A program made the position numbers and the translations under genes. DNA of 64,000 nt from an uncultured delta proteobacterium (GTDB taxonomy: Bacteria > Desulfobacterota > Binatia > Binatales > Binataceae), in the NCBI GenBank assembly GCA_963794325.1, contig CAWCDG010000004.1:741345-805344 (forward strand). Direction: 5' to 3'. The stretch's first letter is position 1, and the number at the start of each line of letters is the position of its first letter. Shown here in pieces: positions 18,473 through 26,570 of the stretch. Under the pieces are notes generated by a model. It ran no database searches, was not told where the DNA came from, and saw only the letters and a list, made by a program, of their open reading frames with translations.

Positions 18473-18540
18473 CTCGGTTGCAACCGACTGAACGCTAGTT
18501 TGATAGTAGCAACAGTCCAAGCAATCTGGAGGAACACCCG

Positions 18541-19188
18541 ATGAGCCGCGATTTTGAATTCAAACAACTGCTGCGCGCCTACCGCAGCGGAATTATTTCT
18601 CAGGCAACGTTCGAGTCCGAGATGGCATGGCTCGGAGCCGGAGCGCCGGCCACCAACGGCAACGGCGGCGGCGGTTTCAAGGCCTTCGGCCGCACTTACA
18701 AATCCGAACACGCCGCGGTCGTCAGTTTTCTCGACAAAGTTCGCGCCGGCGAGGCCAACGGCGGGGAAGCATTCGCGGCATGGGCGGAGGTCTGCACGAC
18801 AGATTGCATCCGCACGGGCATCCGCATGGTTGCCGAGCGCGAGGCCTATCATTCGCGGGTATTCGCGCAGCGCCTGGCGGAACTCGGCGGTGAGACTCGC
18901 GCGCCCATCACCGAGGACGGACGCAAGTACACTGCTTATCTTGGCGACCCGTCGATTCCCGACAACGAGAAACTGCTCAGCTTCACCAAGCGCGTCGGCA
19001 AGCCCGAGGACGCCATCAAACCCATCTGCGAATTCGCCGAACTGCTGAAAGAAGATCTCTCGACCAGGGAAGCGCTGCGGCTGTTCGCCGAAGACGAACT
19101 GTCGACCGCGAAATGGCTGTGGGATTCGTGCGCCGCACTCAACGCGCCCAAGCAGCAGGCGTCGGCGTCGGACTCAGCATCGATGTAG
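18541..19188 (+). CDS. Hypothetical protein with an N-terminal SHOCT-like motif and a possible degenerate ferritin-like helical bundle
   Basis: FKQLLRAYRSGIISQATFESEMAWLG resembles the SHOCT pattern. A Gly-rich linker follows. Helices carry E...ExxH (AEREAYHSRVF) and FAEDELSTAKW. The assignment is tentative. Confidence 0.4.
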   Translation: MSRDFEFKQLLRAYRSGIISQATFESEMAWLGAGAPATNGNGGGGFKAFGRTYKSEHAAVVSFLDKVRAGEANGGEAFAAWAEVCTTDCIRTGIRMVAEREAYHSRVFAQRLAELGGETRAPITEDGRKYTAYLGDPSIPDNEKLLSFTKRVGKPEDAIKPICEFAELLKEDLSTREALRLFAEDELSTAKWLWDSCAALNAPKQQASASDSASM

Positions 19189-19211
19189 TTTTCGCTTCGG
19201 ACTAAACTGAG

Positions 19212-19246
19212 AGCGGGGCCCAGACGGACCCCGCTTTTCTTTTTGT
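19212..19246 (+). terminator. Rho-independent terminator after the 18541-19188 gene
   Basis: The stem is AGCGGGG...CCCCGCT and is followed by TTTTCTTTTTGT. Confidence 0.6.
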
Positions 19247-19297
19247 CTTCAACTCACTCGCGATCGCTGAATACGCGCGTGAGTCAGCGCGAGCGGC

Positions 19298-20140
19298 TCA
19301 ATGCGTGGCCGGCGACGGCGCGCTCGCGGGCGCTGCTTCGGGCGGCGACATCTTCATCGCACCCGGCGACATCTTCATCGCACCCGGCGACATCTTCATT
19401 GAGCCCGGTCCCGGCAAATCCCTCTTGGTGAAATCCGCGGGAACCGTGAAATCGGCGTCCGCCAGTTTCTTCGCTTCGATTTTCTCGACCACCGTGGTGG
19501 TCATGACCGGCGGGCGTTTCGCCATCATCTCATTGATTTTCGCCGCCTGGTCCGGCGACATCCCCGGGATAGTCACATTCCCCATCTTCATAGACGAGTC
19601 CAGCGCGAGTGGTACTCCGCCCGGTACCTCTCCGGTGGCCCCAGCGGTGCCCGCGCTCTTGAGCTTCTCCGCCATATTCTTTTCGAACGCCGCAAACTCC
19701 GCCGCACCGGGTGCCGTGGTCGAGAAACATTCCTTGACCGTGTAGTCACCCGCCATCATGTGCCCGCCGCCGGTGTAGTCGGCGCACTTGAAGCCGGCGA
19801 TCTCGCGCGAACTGCCCGCCTTCTTGAAGTTCATCGCCGCGTTCGTGCTCGCCGCCATCATCGTGGCCATCTGCCCCTGCGGCGGAAACGCAATCTCGAA
19901 GTAGGTCTTCGCCTTCGGATCGAGCACGTACATTTTCCCGGCGTCCAGATCGGTTATGATCGTGTGACGCTCGGTCACCATCTTCTGCTTGTTGCCCTGC
20001 ACCGAAATCGTTTGTTCGGAGTCGCGAGTGTTCGTTCCACTGGTCACGTGCTGCTTTTGCTGTATGACGACCCCGGCGGCCGCGGGAATCGCGGCCATTG
20101 CGAGCGTCATCCCCGCAACCAGGGCGGTTAATTTCCTCAT
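19298..20140 (-). CDS. Secreted protein (DUF4412-like) with a C-terminal Met-rich triple repeat
   Basis: The signal peptide is MRKLTALVAGMTLAMAAIPAAAG. The segment GKMYVLDPKAKTYFEI is typical of DUF4412-like proteins as I recall them. The C-terminus reads GSMKMSPGAMKMSPGAMKMSPPE. Confidence 0.55.
   Translation of the reverse strand: MRKLTALVAGMTLAMAAIPAAAGVVIQQKQHVTSGTNTRDSEQTISVQGNKQKMVTERHTIITDLDAGKMYVLDPKAKTYFEIAFPPQGQMATMMAASTNAAMNFKKAGSSREIAGFKCADYTGGGHMMAGDYTVKECFSTTAPGAAEFAAFEKNMAEKLKSAGTAGATGEVPGGVPLALDSSMKMGNVTIPGMSPDQAAKINEMMAKRPPVMTTTVVEKIEAKKLADADFTVPADFTKRDLPGPGSMKMSPGAMKMSPGAMKMSPPEAAPASAPSPATH
19344..19406. repeat. 3 x 21-bp tandem repeat encoding (A/S)MKMSPG
   Basis: The unit ggcgacatcttcatcgcaccc occurs twice and is followed by ggcgacatcttcattgagccc. 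Confidence 0.9.
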
Positions 20141-21234
20141 AGCGATTGCTCTCCTTGTGCTCGTTGCATTTTCACCACAGTGTCGCGCCCGTTTGGCGAG
20201 GCGCCCTTAATATCTATGCGCTGCCGCGCGCCCATCCGATGTATCATCAGGGCCAGCAGCCCGAACAACACCCATACCATTTCCTTGATGCGCCGCAGAA
20301 ACCCTACCGCAAAGCCAATCCCCGGCGGATAACCCAGCATCCCCAGGATGAGCGCCTTGCCGCCCTCCTGACTCACCAGCTTGCCCGGGATCAGAAAGGT
20401 CGCGCGTTCAATCAGCAGCCCGACCGACTCGACCAGCAGCGCGGTCTGAAACGTCGCCGACTGATGCAGCAAGCGCAGCAGGATATAGATTTCGAGCGGC
20501 CCGAGACTCCACGCGACCGCGTAGCAAAGGCACGACGCCACGAATCGGCCGCGATTGCGCGCATAGAAATCCAGCAGGACAGCGTCGGCCTCGTCGGCGG
20601 AATCGCGGATTTCGTCGGTGTTGATTCGCGCAATATCGAGCTTGGTCGCGGCACGCCACAGATGCGAGAACGGCCGCTTCATTTGTACGAAAAAGAATCC
20701 GCCTGCCAGCGCGACCGCCAGCGCGAACCCGCCAACGATCGCCCAGTACAGGTTCGCCGCTACCGGGATCATGCGCAGCGAAATCACCAGCGCGATCGAC
20801 ATGAACACGATTTGCCCGACTGCTTCCGCCAGCGACGCGACCACCACCGTCGCGAGCCCTACCGGCATCCGCAGTTTCTCGCGCACCTCCACCGCCATCA
20901 CGAACTGCCCGCCCAGCTGCGCCGACGGCGTTACATAGTCGATCGCCTCGCCGCCAATTCGCGCGCCGAACAGCTCGACGAATCTGAGCCTTGGCGGATA
21001 TTCCTCAATCGTGACCCGCCAACCGAGCGTATTCGCGATTCGCGCGAGCGCCTCGAGCGAGATCGTCAGCGCCAGTCCCCATCCCGCCATCCGCACGTAG
21101 CCAATCACTTCCCGCGGCCCGTAATGGGTCAGGAACCAGGCGTAAAACCCAATTGCTATAACGATGAAAATTGTCTCGACGCGGCGCATCGGCAGGTGTA
21201 GGCCGCCTCGATGGACGGGCGGCAACCGATGCAT
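20137..21234 (-). CDS. Flippase-like membrane protein (UPF0104 / lysyl-PG synthase TM-region family)
   Basis: The protein is polytopic. The segment GWRVTIEEYPPRLRFVELFGARIGGEAIDYVTPSAQLGGQFV is typical of this family. There is a 4-nt ATGA overlap with the downstream 19298-20140 gene. ATG 21189 is an alternative start. Confidence 0.55.
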   Translation of the reverse strand: MHRLPPVHRGGLHLPMRRVETIFIVIAIGFYAWFLTHYGPREVIGYVRMAGWGLALTISLEALARIANTLGWRVTIEEYPPRLRFVELFGARIGGEAIDYVTPSAQLGGQFVMAVEVREKLRMPVGLATVVVASLAEAVGQIVFMSIALVISLRMIPVAANLYWAIVGGFALAVALAGGFFFVQMKRPFSHLWRAATKLDIARINTDEIRDSADEADAVLLDFYARNRGRFVASCLCYAVAWSLGPLEIYILLRLLHQSATFQTALLVESVGLLIERATFLIPGKLVSQEGGKALILGMLGYPPGIGFAVGFLRRIKEMVWVLFGLLALMIHRMGARQRIDIKGASPNGRDTVVKMQRAQGEQSL

Positions 21235-21383
21235 TCTTTCAGCAGCGCCCTACCTGCGCAACCTGCAAATGCATTAGTTATTCGCCGGGTAATGCCCTGG
21301 TTTGAATTGCTTTGTGCGCCCGCGATGGCCGCTAACGTGAGAGATCGGATATGGTCGGTAGAAGAATTGATTGAGGCGGTCCA

Positions 21384-21674
21384 ATGAACCCGGTGATGCT
21401 GCTGCTTTATGCCGAAGCGTTTTGGCAGGACTATCAGACTCCGGTAGAACTCTTGATGGTCCTTGCGGTTTCTGGAGTCTTAGTGAAATGGGTCGTTGAT
21501 GATTTCAGGCACTCGCGCTTGTCCGCGATTACCTGGCTTTTGGTAGTACTATCGCTCCTCGGACCTATATGGGTTGCGTCGTATGTGGCCTCCTCCGGCG
21601 GCCTTGCTCAGTTACGCCACCATCGGGATCTGATCCTGCTCGGCTCAACACCGCACCACGAAGAACGAAATTAG
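21384..21674 (+). CDS. Small hypothetical membrane protein
   Basis: The 96-aa protein has two or three hydrophobic helices. A GAGG lies about 8 nt upstream of the ATG. Confidence 0.4.
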   Translation: MNPVMLLLYAEAFWQDYQTPVELLMVLAVSGVLVKWVVDDFRHSRLSAITWLLVVLSLLGPIWVASYVASSGGLAQLRHHRDLILLGSTPHHEERN

Positions 21675-21716
21675 GACGCTACCATCCGCCGCCCTTCGCG
21701 GAGCGAAACTCGGGTT

Positions 21717-22490
21717 TCAGCCCTTGGCGCGGATCAATCCCGCGAACTTGTCCAGCTCCACCGGATTCAGGTCAGACACCACCCAGCAATTCATCCCGGC
21801 GACCGTCATCTGCTCGACGTTGTATCCGTGCTCGGTCTCGATTCGTTCAGCGCTGGTCGGGGTGCCCGCCGTTGGCCACATGAAGACGTTGATCACGTGC
21901 TTGGCATGCTGATAGACGAGCGCCGCCACCGGCCGTCCGTCGATATAGTCGAGACGCCCACCCACCAGCGGAAATCCGTCTTGCACGAAATCGTTAACCG
22001 GTGGCGAGAAATCCAGCTTGCCGTTGAACCATGGCTTGACGGTATGTTGATCGGTCGAGGCAACGTCCATCAGATGCGTCGCCATCAGCGATCGCACATG
22101 ACTGGCGACCACTTCGTTCGCGAGGTGCTGATTGAGGGCTGGAGCGATCGAGCGCGGCGCGATGACCAGCGCGAGCGCGGCGCCAATCGCCATCGGTACC
22201 GCAAATCTGGCGGCACGTTGAACCCATGGCCCGCGCCGCGATTGATAACCGTTCGACTGCGACGGCGTCGCCGTTGGAAGCGCGCGGCGAATCTTGTCCT
22301 TCAACGCGGCCGGTGCTTCGAATTTGAACGCCTCATCCCTGAGCCGCGTGCGCATCGCACGCAGCGCGGCGTATTCGCTCGCGCATCGCGGACATTCCTC
22401 GATATGCCGCTGCACTTCGAGGTCGTCGGCGAGGTCAAGTTCGCCGTCGAGATGTCCGTGCATCAGGATTCGCGCGTCGTCGCAGTTCAC
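21717..22490 (-). CDS. Anti-sigma factor (zf-HC2 type) with a TM helix and a periplasmic domain
   Basis: The N-terminus MNCDDARILMHGHLDGELD...HIEECPRCASEY carries the H-x3-C-x2-C motif. The TM helix is FAVPMAIGAALALVIAP. There is a 4-nt overlap with the sigma gene. Confidence 0.8.
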   Translation of the reverse strand: MNCDDARILMHGHLDGELDLADDLEVQRHIEECPRCASEYAALRAMRTRLRDEAFKFEAPAALKDKIRRALPTATPSQSNGYQSRRGPWVQRAARFAVPMAIGAALALVIAPRSIAPALNQHLANEVVASHVRSLMATHLMDVASTDQHTVKPWFNGKLDFSPPVNDFVQDGFPLVGGRLDYIDGRPVAALVYQHAKHVINVFMWPTAGTPTSAERIETEHGYNVEQMTVAGMNCWVVSDLNPVELDKFAGLIRAKG

Positions 22491-23017
22491 GTCTGCTCCT
22501 TCCCGATTCGCTCCTTGAGCGAACGCGCGAGCTTGCCGCGAGCGCGCGCCAACCGCGACATGACGGTGCCAATCGGCACGTCGGCCGCGTCGGCGATTTC
22601 CTTGTACGAAAGTCCCTCGATATCCCGCATGACGATCACCTCGCGAAACTCGTCCGCCAGCTCCTCCAGCGCCGCGCGAATCATCGTAGTGTCGGCCTTG
22701 CGGACCGCTTCCGCCTCCAGACCGCTGTCCTCGGTCGTCCCAGCATGCATCTGCTCGTCGAACTCGGTCGGGGCATTGCTACCCCGGTTGCGCTTGAGCC
22801 AGGTGAATGCGGTGTTGCGCACGATCGCGAGAATCCACGCGCGCGGGTCGCCGCCGCGAAATCCGCCGGCGAACCTGAGCGCGCGCAGGTAGGCCTCCTG
22901 CACCACGTCCTGCGCGTCGTGATCATCACGCACCAGCCATCGCGCAAGGTTGTAAGCGGCATCCATATGCGGCAGGAACGTGCGGTCGAAATCGACAGCT
23001 TTGGTATCGTCAGGCAA
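22487..23017 (-). CDS. ECF-family RNA polymerase sigma factor
   Basis: Region 2 reads DAQDVVQEAYLRALRF...WILAIVRNTAFTWLKR. Region 4 reads EFREVIVMRDIEGLSYKEIADAADVPIGTVMSRLARAR. Confidence 0.9.
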   Translation of the reverse strand: MPDDTKAVDFDRTFLPHMDAAYNLARWLVRDDHDAQDVVQEAYLRALRFAGGFRGGDPRAWILAIVRNTAFTWLKRNRGSNAPTEFDEQMHAGTTEDSGLEAEAVRKADTTMIRAALEELADEFREVIVMRDIEGLSYKEIADAADVPIGTVMSRLARARGKLARSLKERIGKEQT

Positions 23018-23052
23018 TCGCTTTTCTTTCGCCCGCCTGTCTCCGTGTAGTT

Positions 23053-23131
23053 TCAGACCGCGAGCGCGCCAATCTTATTCCCGACCGCCACCGGGCCTCA
23101 ATCGCGGGAATATTCCATCGCCTGCCGAGTC
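23053..23131 (+). promoter_or_regulatory. Copy 1 of a duplicated 79-bp module: inverted repeat plus an ECF-like promoter (GGGAAT-N17-GTC)
   Basis: The order is tcagaccgcga, TTATTCCCGAC (23075-23085), CAATCGCGGGAATATTC (23099-23115) and CGAGTC (23126-23131). It uses the same blocks and spacing as copy 2, which lies 602 bp downstream. Confidence 0.45.
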
Positions 23132-23292
23132 CTTACCATTGTGCGGTCATATTTCACGCCTTTACGTCAGGAGAGTTAGCGACCCGAAGTTGTATCGCCA
23201 AAAATCGCCCACACGGTAGAAACGCCCCCTTTTCTGTCGCCCCCCACAGAAACCGTTTCGCCGTGTGGGCATTATCCTCCTGTAGGAGTCCC

Positions 23293-23526
23293 ATGGATCG
23301 ATTCGATCGCGTGAACAGCAGAATCCTGACGGTGCGGGACCTATCGAGCTATCTCCGGGTGCACCCGTCAACGATCTACAAGATGCTGAAAAGAAATCAG
23401 TTGCCCGCGTTCCGCGTCGGCAGCGATTGGCGGTTTACCGTGGAGGCGATCGACCAATGGCTCGCCTCGGCGGAGGAGGGCGTGCCCTCGGCTGGCGCCC
23501 TCGAAACCGAACTTGGCTCGAAGTGA
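23293..23526 (+). CDS. Excisionase/MerR-superfamily helix-turn-helix DNA-binding protein
   Basis: LTVRDLSSYLRVHPSTIYKMLKRNQLPAFRVGSDWRF matches the HTH_17 pattern. I take ATG 23293, which has AGGAG 5 nt upstream. Confidence 0.7.
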   Translation: MDRFDRVNSRILTVRDLSSYLRVHPSTIYKMLKRNQLPAFRVGSDWRFTVEAIDQWLASAEEGVPSAGALETELGSK

Positions 23527-23654
23527 TCTGATAGCTCAAATCGAAATTCTTCGCCGAGAATATTTTCGCGAATCAGCGTCGTGGCATCACCGGAGCCGCG
23601 CGGTGATTCGAGTTCGGCCGTAAATTCCAGCCCGATCTCCCTGCCCGATCAGTC

Positions 23655-23733
23655 TCAGACCGCGATCCAGACAATTTTATTCCCGACAACTTTCGATCTC
23701 CAATCGCGGGAATATTCTCAGCGCCATCGAGTC
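23655..23733 (+). promoter_or_regulatory. Copy 2 of the duplicated module (GGGAAT-N17-GTC), about 40 nt upstream of the phosphoesterase operon
   Basis: The order is tcagaccgcga, TTATTCCCGAC (23677-23687), CAATCGCGGGAATATTC (23701-23717) and CGAGTC (23728-23733). Confidence 0.45.
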
Positions 23734-23773
23734 ATCCACCGTGAAAGCGCACATCAGCGCGAGGTGATTCTTG

Positions 23774-24778
23774 ATGGAAAACAAATTCGATCGTCGATCG
23801 TTCCTGCGGGTTACAGGAACTGCCCTGAGCATCGGCGCACTCTACAGCGTATTCCCCGCGCTCGCGCGAAAAGCCGGTGCCGAAGGAATGACGCGCACCT
23901 TGGCCGAGCTCAATGGCGAGGCTCCCGCGCCGTTCTCGTTCATGCAACTGAGCGATACCCACGTCGGATTCAACGGGCCGCCTGATCCGCTCGGCACCAA
24001 GGCGTTCGAGAACGCGGTTGCCACAATCAACGGGCTGAAGACTCGCCCCGATCTGATCATCGTCACCGGCGATCTGACCCACGACGCCGACTCGCCCGAC
24101 GAGCACGCCAAACGCTTCAAGCTGTTCAAGGAAATCTCGGGCAGAATCGGTGGCGGCGCGCAAATCAAGGTGGTGCCGGGTGAGAATGACGCGGCGCTCG
24201 ACGGCGGCGACATGTTCCGCGAGTTCATGGGGCCGACCCACTACTCGTTCGACCATCGCGGCGTCCATTTCATCGCGCTCGACAACGTCTCCACTGGGCG
24301 GCCGGCAGTCGGTACCGAGCAGCTCACCTGGATGAAATCCGATCTTGCGCGCTTTCCGAAAACCGCGCCCATCGTCGTGTTCACCCATCGTCCGCTGTTC
24401 GACCTCAAACCCGAATGGGAATGGTTCACCAGCGACGGCGACGACGTGATGAATGCGCTCGCGCCGTATGAAAACGTGACGGTGCTCTACGGCCATATTC
24501 ATCGCGAGAATTTCCACCAGGCCGGCACCACGAAAATGTACGCGGCACGCTCGCTGATCTTCGCTTTCCCCGATCCCGCGACCGCGCCCGCGAAAAAGCC
24601 CGCGCCCTTCGACAAGGCGCAGCCGTTCAAGGACCTGGGAATCCGGCGTATCAACGGCAACGCGGACGGCAGCGATTTGCAGATCGAGGAAGTCGAGCTG
24701 GCGACCGCGGAGTTCTCGGGCACCGTCGGAATGGATCAGATGCTCAAACACGGAAACAACGACGCAAAGGACGAGTAA
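23774..24778 (+). CDS. TAT-exported metallophosphoesterase (calcineurin-like)
   Basis: The twin-arginine signal is DRRSFLRVTGTALSIGA. Phosphoesterase motifs are LSDTHVG, VTGDLTHD, PGENDA and GHIHRE. GAGGTGA lies 6 nt upstream of ATG 23774. Confidence 0.85.
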   Translation: MENKFDRRSFLRVTGTALSIGALYSVFPALARKAGAEGMTRTLAELNGEAPAPFSFMQLSDTHVGFNGPPDPLGTKAFENAVATINGLKTRPDLIIVTGDLTHDADSPDEHAKRFKLFKEISGRIGGGAQIKVVPGENDAALDGGDMFREFMGPTHYSFDHRGVHFIALDNVSTGRPAVGTEQLTWMKSDLARFPKTAPIVVFTHRPLFDLKPEWEWFTSDGDDVMNALAPYENVTVLYGHIHRENFHQAGTTKMYAARSLIFAFPDPATAPAKKPAPFDKAQPFKDLGIRRINGNADGSDLQIEEVELATAEFSGTVGMDQMLKHGNNDAKDE

Positions 24779-24782
24779 GAAA

Positions 24783-25172
24783 ATGAAAACCACAACTATC
24801 AAAAAAATCGTCGGCATCATTCTTCTTGCCGGGGTATGCGAAATCGGGCTGGTGGGTGTCCCCGCGGTGATCAATCTCACCCGCGCGAGTGACGAACCGA
24901 AGGTGATCGAGATTACCGCGAAGAAGTTCGAGTTCACGCCGAATCAGATCACGCTCAAGAAGGGCGAGCCGGTAATCCTGCGGCTGAGCAGCCAGGATCG
25001 CGTGCACGGCTTCATGTCCAAGCCGCTCAAAATCGATACCGATATCCCCGCCGACAAGACCGCCGACGTGCCCGTCACGCCGGATACCGCCGGCGACTTC
25101 ACCGTGATCTGCGACCACTACTGCGGCACCGGCCACGGCAACATGAAGATGAAAGTTACGGTCGTCGAGTAG
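24783..25172 (+). CDS. Cupredoxin-domain protein with a CuA-like ligand motif
   Basis: It has an N-terminal anchor or signal. CDHYCGTGHGNM fits the C-x3-C-x3-H-x2-M spacing of cytochrome oxidase subunit II. Confidence 0.7.
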   Translation: MKTTTIKKIVGIILLAGVCEIGLVGVPAVINLTRASDEPKVIEITAKKFEFTPNQITLKKGEPVILRLSSQDRVHGFMSKPLKIDTDIPADKTADVPVTPDTAGDFTVICDHYCGTGHGNMKMKVTVVE

Positions 25173-25189
25173 TAAAAGGAGCGAGTTAA

Positions 25190-25723
25190 ATGTTTGCGCA
25201 ACTGGTCAGCACGTATCATCTGCATCCGATCGTCGATCACTTCACCATCGCGCTGCTGACCTTCGGGATCGCCGCGGAAATCCTCGCCGCCGCGGCGATC
25301 TTTTTCAGTGAAAATGGCGCGCCTTGGTTGTCGGGCTGGGGAGAGAAGCTTCAAAGCACGTCGCTCATGCTGATGATCGGCGGAGCGGTCGCCAGCATCT
25401 TGTCGTATTTCAGCGGCGACGCGGAAGCCGATCGGCTCTGGGACACGACGTCGCCCGCTGCGCAGCAAATTCTTGCATCCTCCGACGGCGCGCGCGCCTA
25501 CTTGTCCCACGCGGTTCTCGGGCAATACCTGATGTACGCGTTTCTGATTCTCGCCGTGTGGCGCGTGATGCTCGAGTTGTCGAGCCGCGTCGCGCGCACG
25601 CGAATCGCGTTCGTGATGGTTGCGGTGGTCGCAGCGGGCGCCCTCCTCTACCAGGGCAAGACCGGCGGAGAACTGGTTTACGAACACGGCGTCGGAGCTT
25701 CGGTCACTCATACTCAGGATTGA
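25190..25723 (+). CDS. DUF2231-family membrane protein
   Basis: It has four or five TM helices. The N-terminal HLHPIVDHFTIALL is typical of DUF2231. Confidence 0.6.
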   Translation: MFAQLVSTYHLHPIVDHFTIALLTFGIAAEILAAAAIFFSENGAPWLSGWGEKLQSTSLMLMIGGAVASILSYFSGDAEADRLWDTTSPAAQQILASSDGARAYLSHAVLGQYLMYAFLILAVWRVMLELSSRVARTRIAFVMVAVVAAGALLYQGKTGGELVYEHGVGASVTHTQD

Positions 25724-25739
25724 CAAAAACGCGACACCG

Positions 25740-26570
25740 CTGTTAGCTCGGCTGGCGAAAAACTCCGTCGCAAATTCTCTTCGATCCGCCGTTTCGTGCG
25801 CGCTCGTTTGCGCCGCGTTGATGATTGGCGCGCCGAATGCCATCGGCGGAGCCTGCCCCTCTCCCTCGGATCCAATCAGCGCGGACCGACCCGGCGTCAC
25901 TAATTCCAGCACCGTCGTCCCTTACGGAAGCTTCGAAGCCGAGAGCGGCAGCGACTGGATGGTTTCCCACGGCACGAATTCTCTGAACGGAAGCAGCACG
26001 AGGCTGCGTCTCGGCGTTTACGATTGCACCGAATTTCTGGTCGACGCGCCCAGCTACACCGGCTCGCTCAATGGCCCCCAGCAGTCGGGCTTTTCAGACG
26101 TAGTAGTCTCGCTGAAGCATCAGTTCCCCGAACCGTTCGGCTTCACAGGATTCAACATATCAGCGACCGCCGGACTCGGATTTCCCAGCGGTTCCGAGAA
26201 GATCGCCGGTCGCGGCTATCAACCTTACATTCAGGCTCCGTGGTCTTACGATCTTCCAGACCACTGGACGGCGGCCGGGATGTTTACGCTGAACTGGTTC
26301 CCGAGCGAATCAGCAAGGAATCCAACCTTTGCGCCGGCCATTTCGATTGGGAAGCAATTTTTCGATTCGCACGCCAATATCAATGTCGAATACGGCGGAA
26401 TGTACGACCATCGACAGCCGATGCACGTGCTCGACACTCTGGGCCAGTGGCGTTTCACGAATACACAACAGCTCGACTTCCAGGCCGGCTTCGGACTCAA
26501 CCGCAACTCAGTCGATCACTTCTTCGGCATCGGCTATTCATTCCGCCTCGACAAATTATTTGGATACTAA
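25740..26570 (+). CDS. Outer-membrane beta-barrel (MetA-pathway/transporter family-like); start codon uncertain
   Basis: It reads ISADRPGVTNSSTVVPYGSFEAESG and then alternating beta-strand sequence, ending FRLDKLFGY. A signal-peptide-like stretch (AKNSVANSLRSAVSCALVCAALMIGAPNA) lies between the DUF2231 stop and the first in-frame ATG (25821). Only CTG 25740 or CTG 25752 would include it. The track start at 25620 (TTG) overlaps the upstream gene by 104 nt. Confidence 0.55.
   Translation: MLARLAKNSVANSLRSAVSCALVCAALMIGAPNAIGGACPSPSDPISADRPGVTNSSTVVPYGSFEAESGSDWMVSHGTNSLNGSSTRLRLGVYDCTEFLVDAPSYTGSLNGPQQSGFSDVVVSLKHQFPEPFGFTGFNISATAGLGFPSGSEKIAGRGYQPYIQAPWSYDLPDHWTAAGMFTLNWFPSESARNPTFAPAISIGKQFFDSHANINVEYGGMYDHRQPMHVLDTLGQWRFTNTQQLDFQAGFGLNRNSVDHFFGIGYSFRLDKLFGY

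Noticed and set aside
18227-18520. A 97-aa minus-strand ORF in the spacer after the 505-aa gene (…LRFISAHARWLRYEIARREGLAKRYVT…), possibly a mobile-gene remnant at the islet border.
   Set aside because: I cannot tie the sequence to any transposase or integrase motif. It overlaps the 3' end of the 16788-18305 gene and the promoter region of the next gene. The evidence is insufficient.
20146-24937. Long antisense ORFs at 20146-21201 (plus strand), 21828-22892 (plus strand) and 23732-24937 (minus strand).
   Set aside because: Each lies opposite a motif-supported gene (the flippase-like protein, the anti-sigma and sigma genes, the metallophosphoesterase). Their composition is typical of GC-rich antisense frames.
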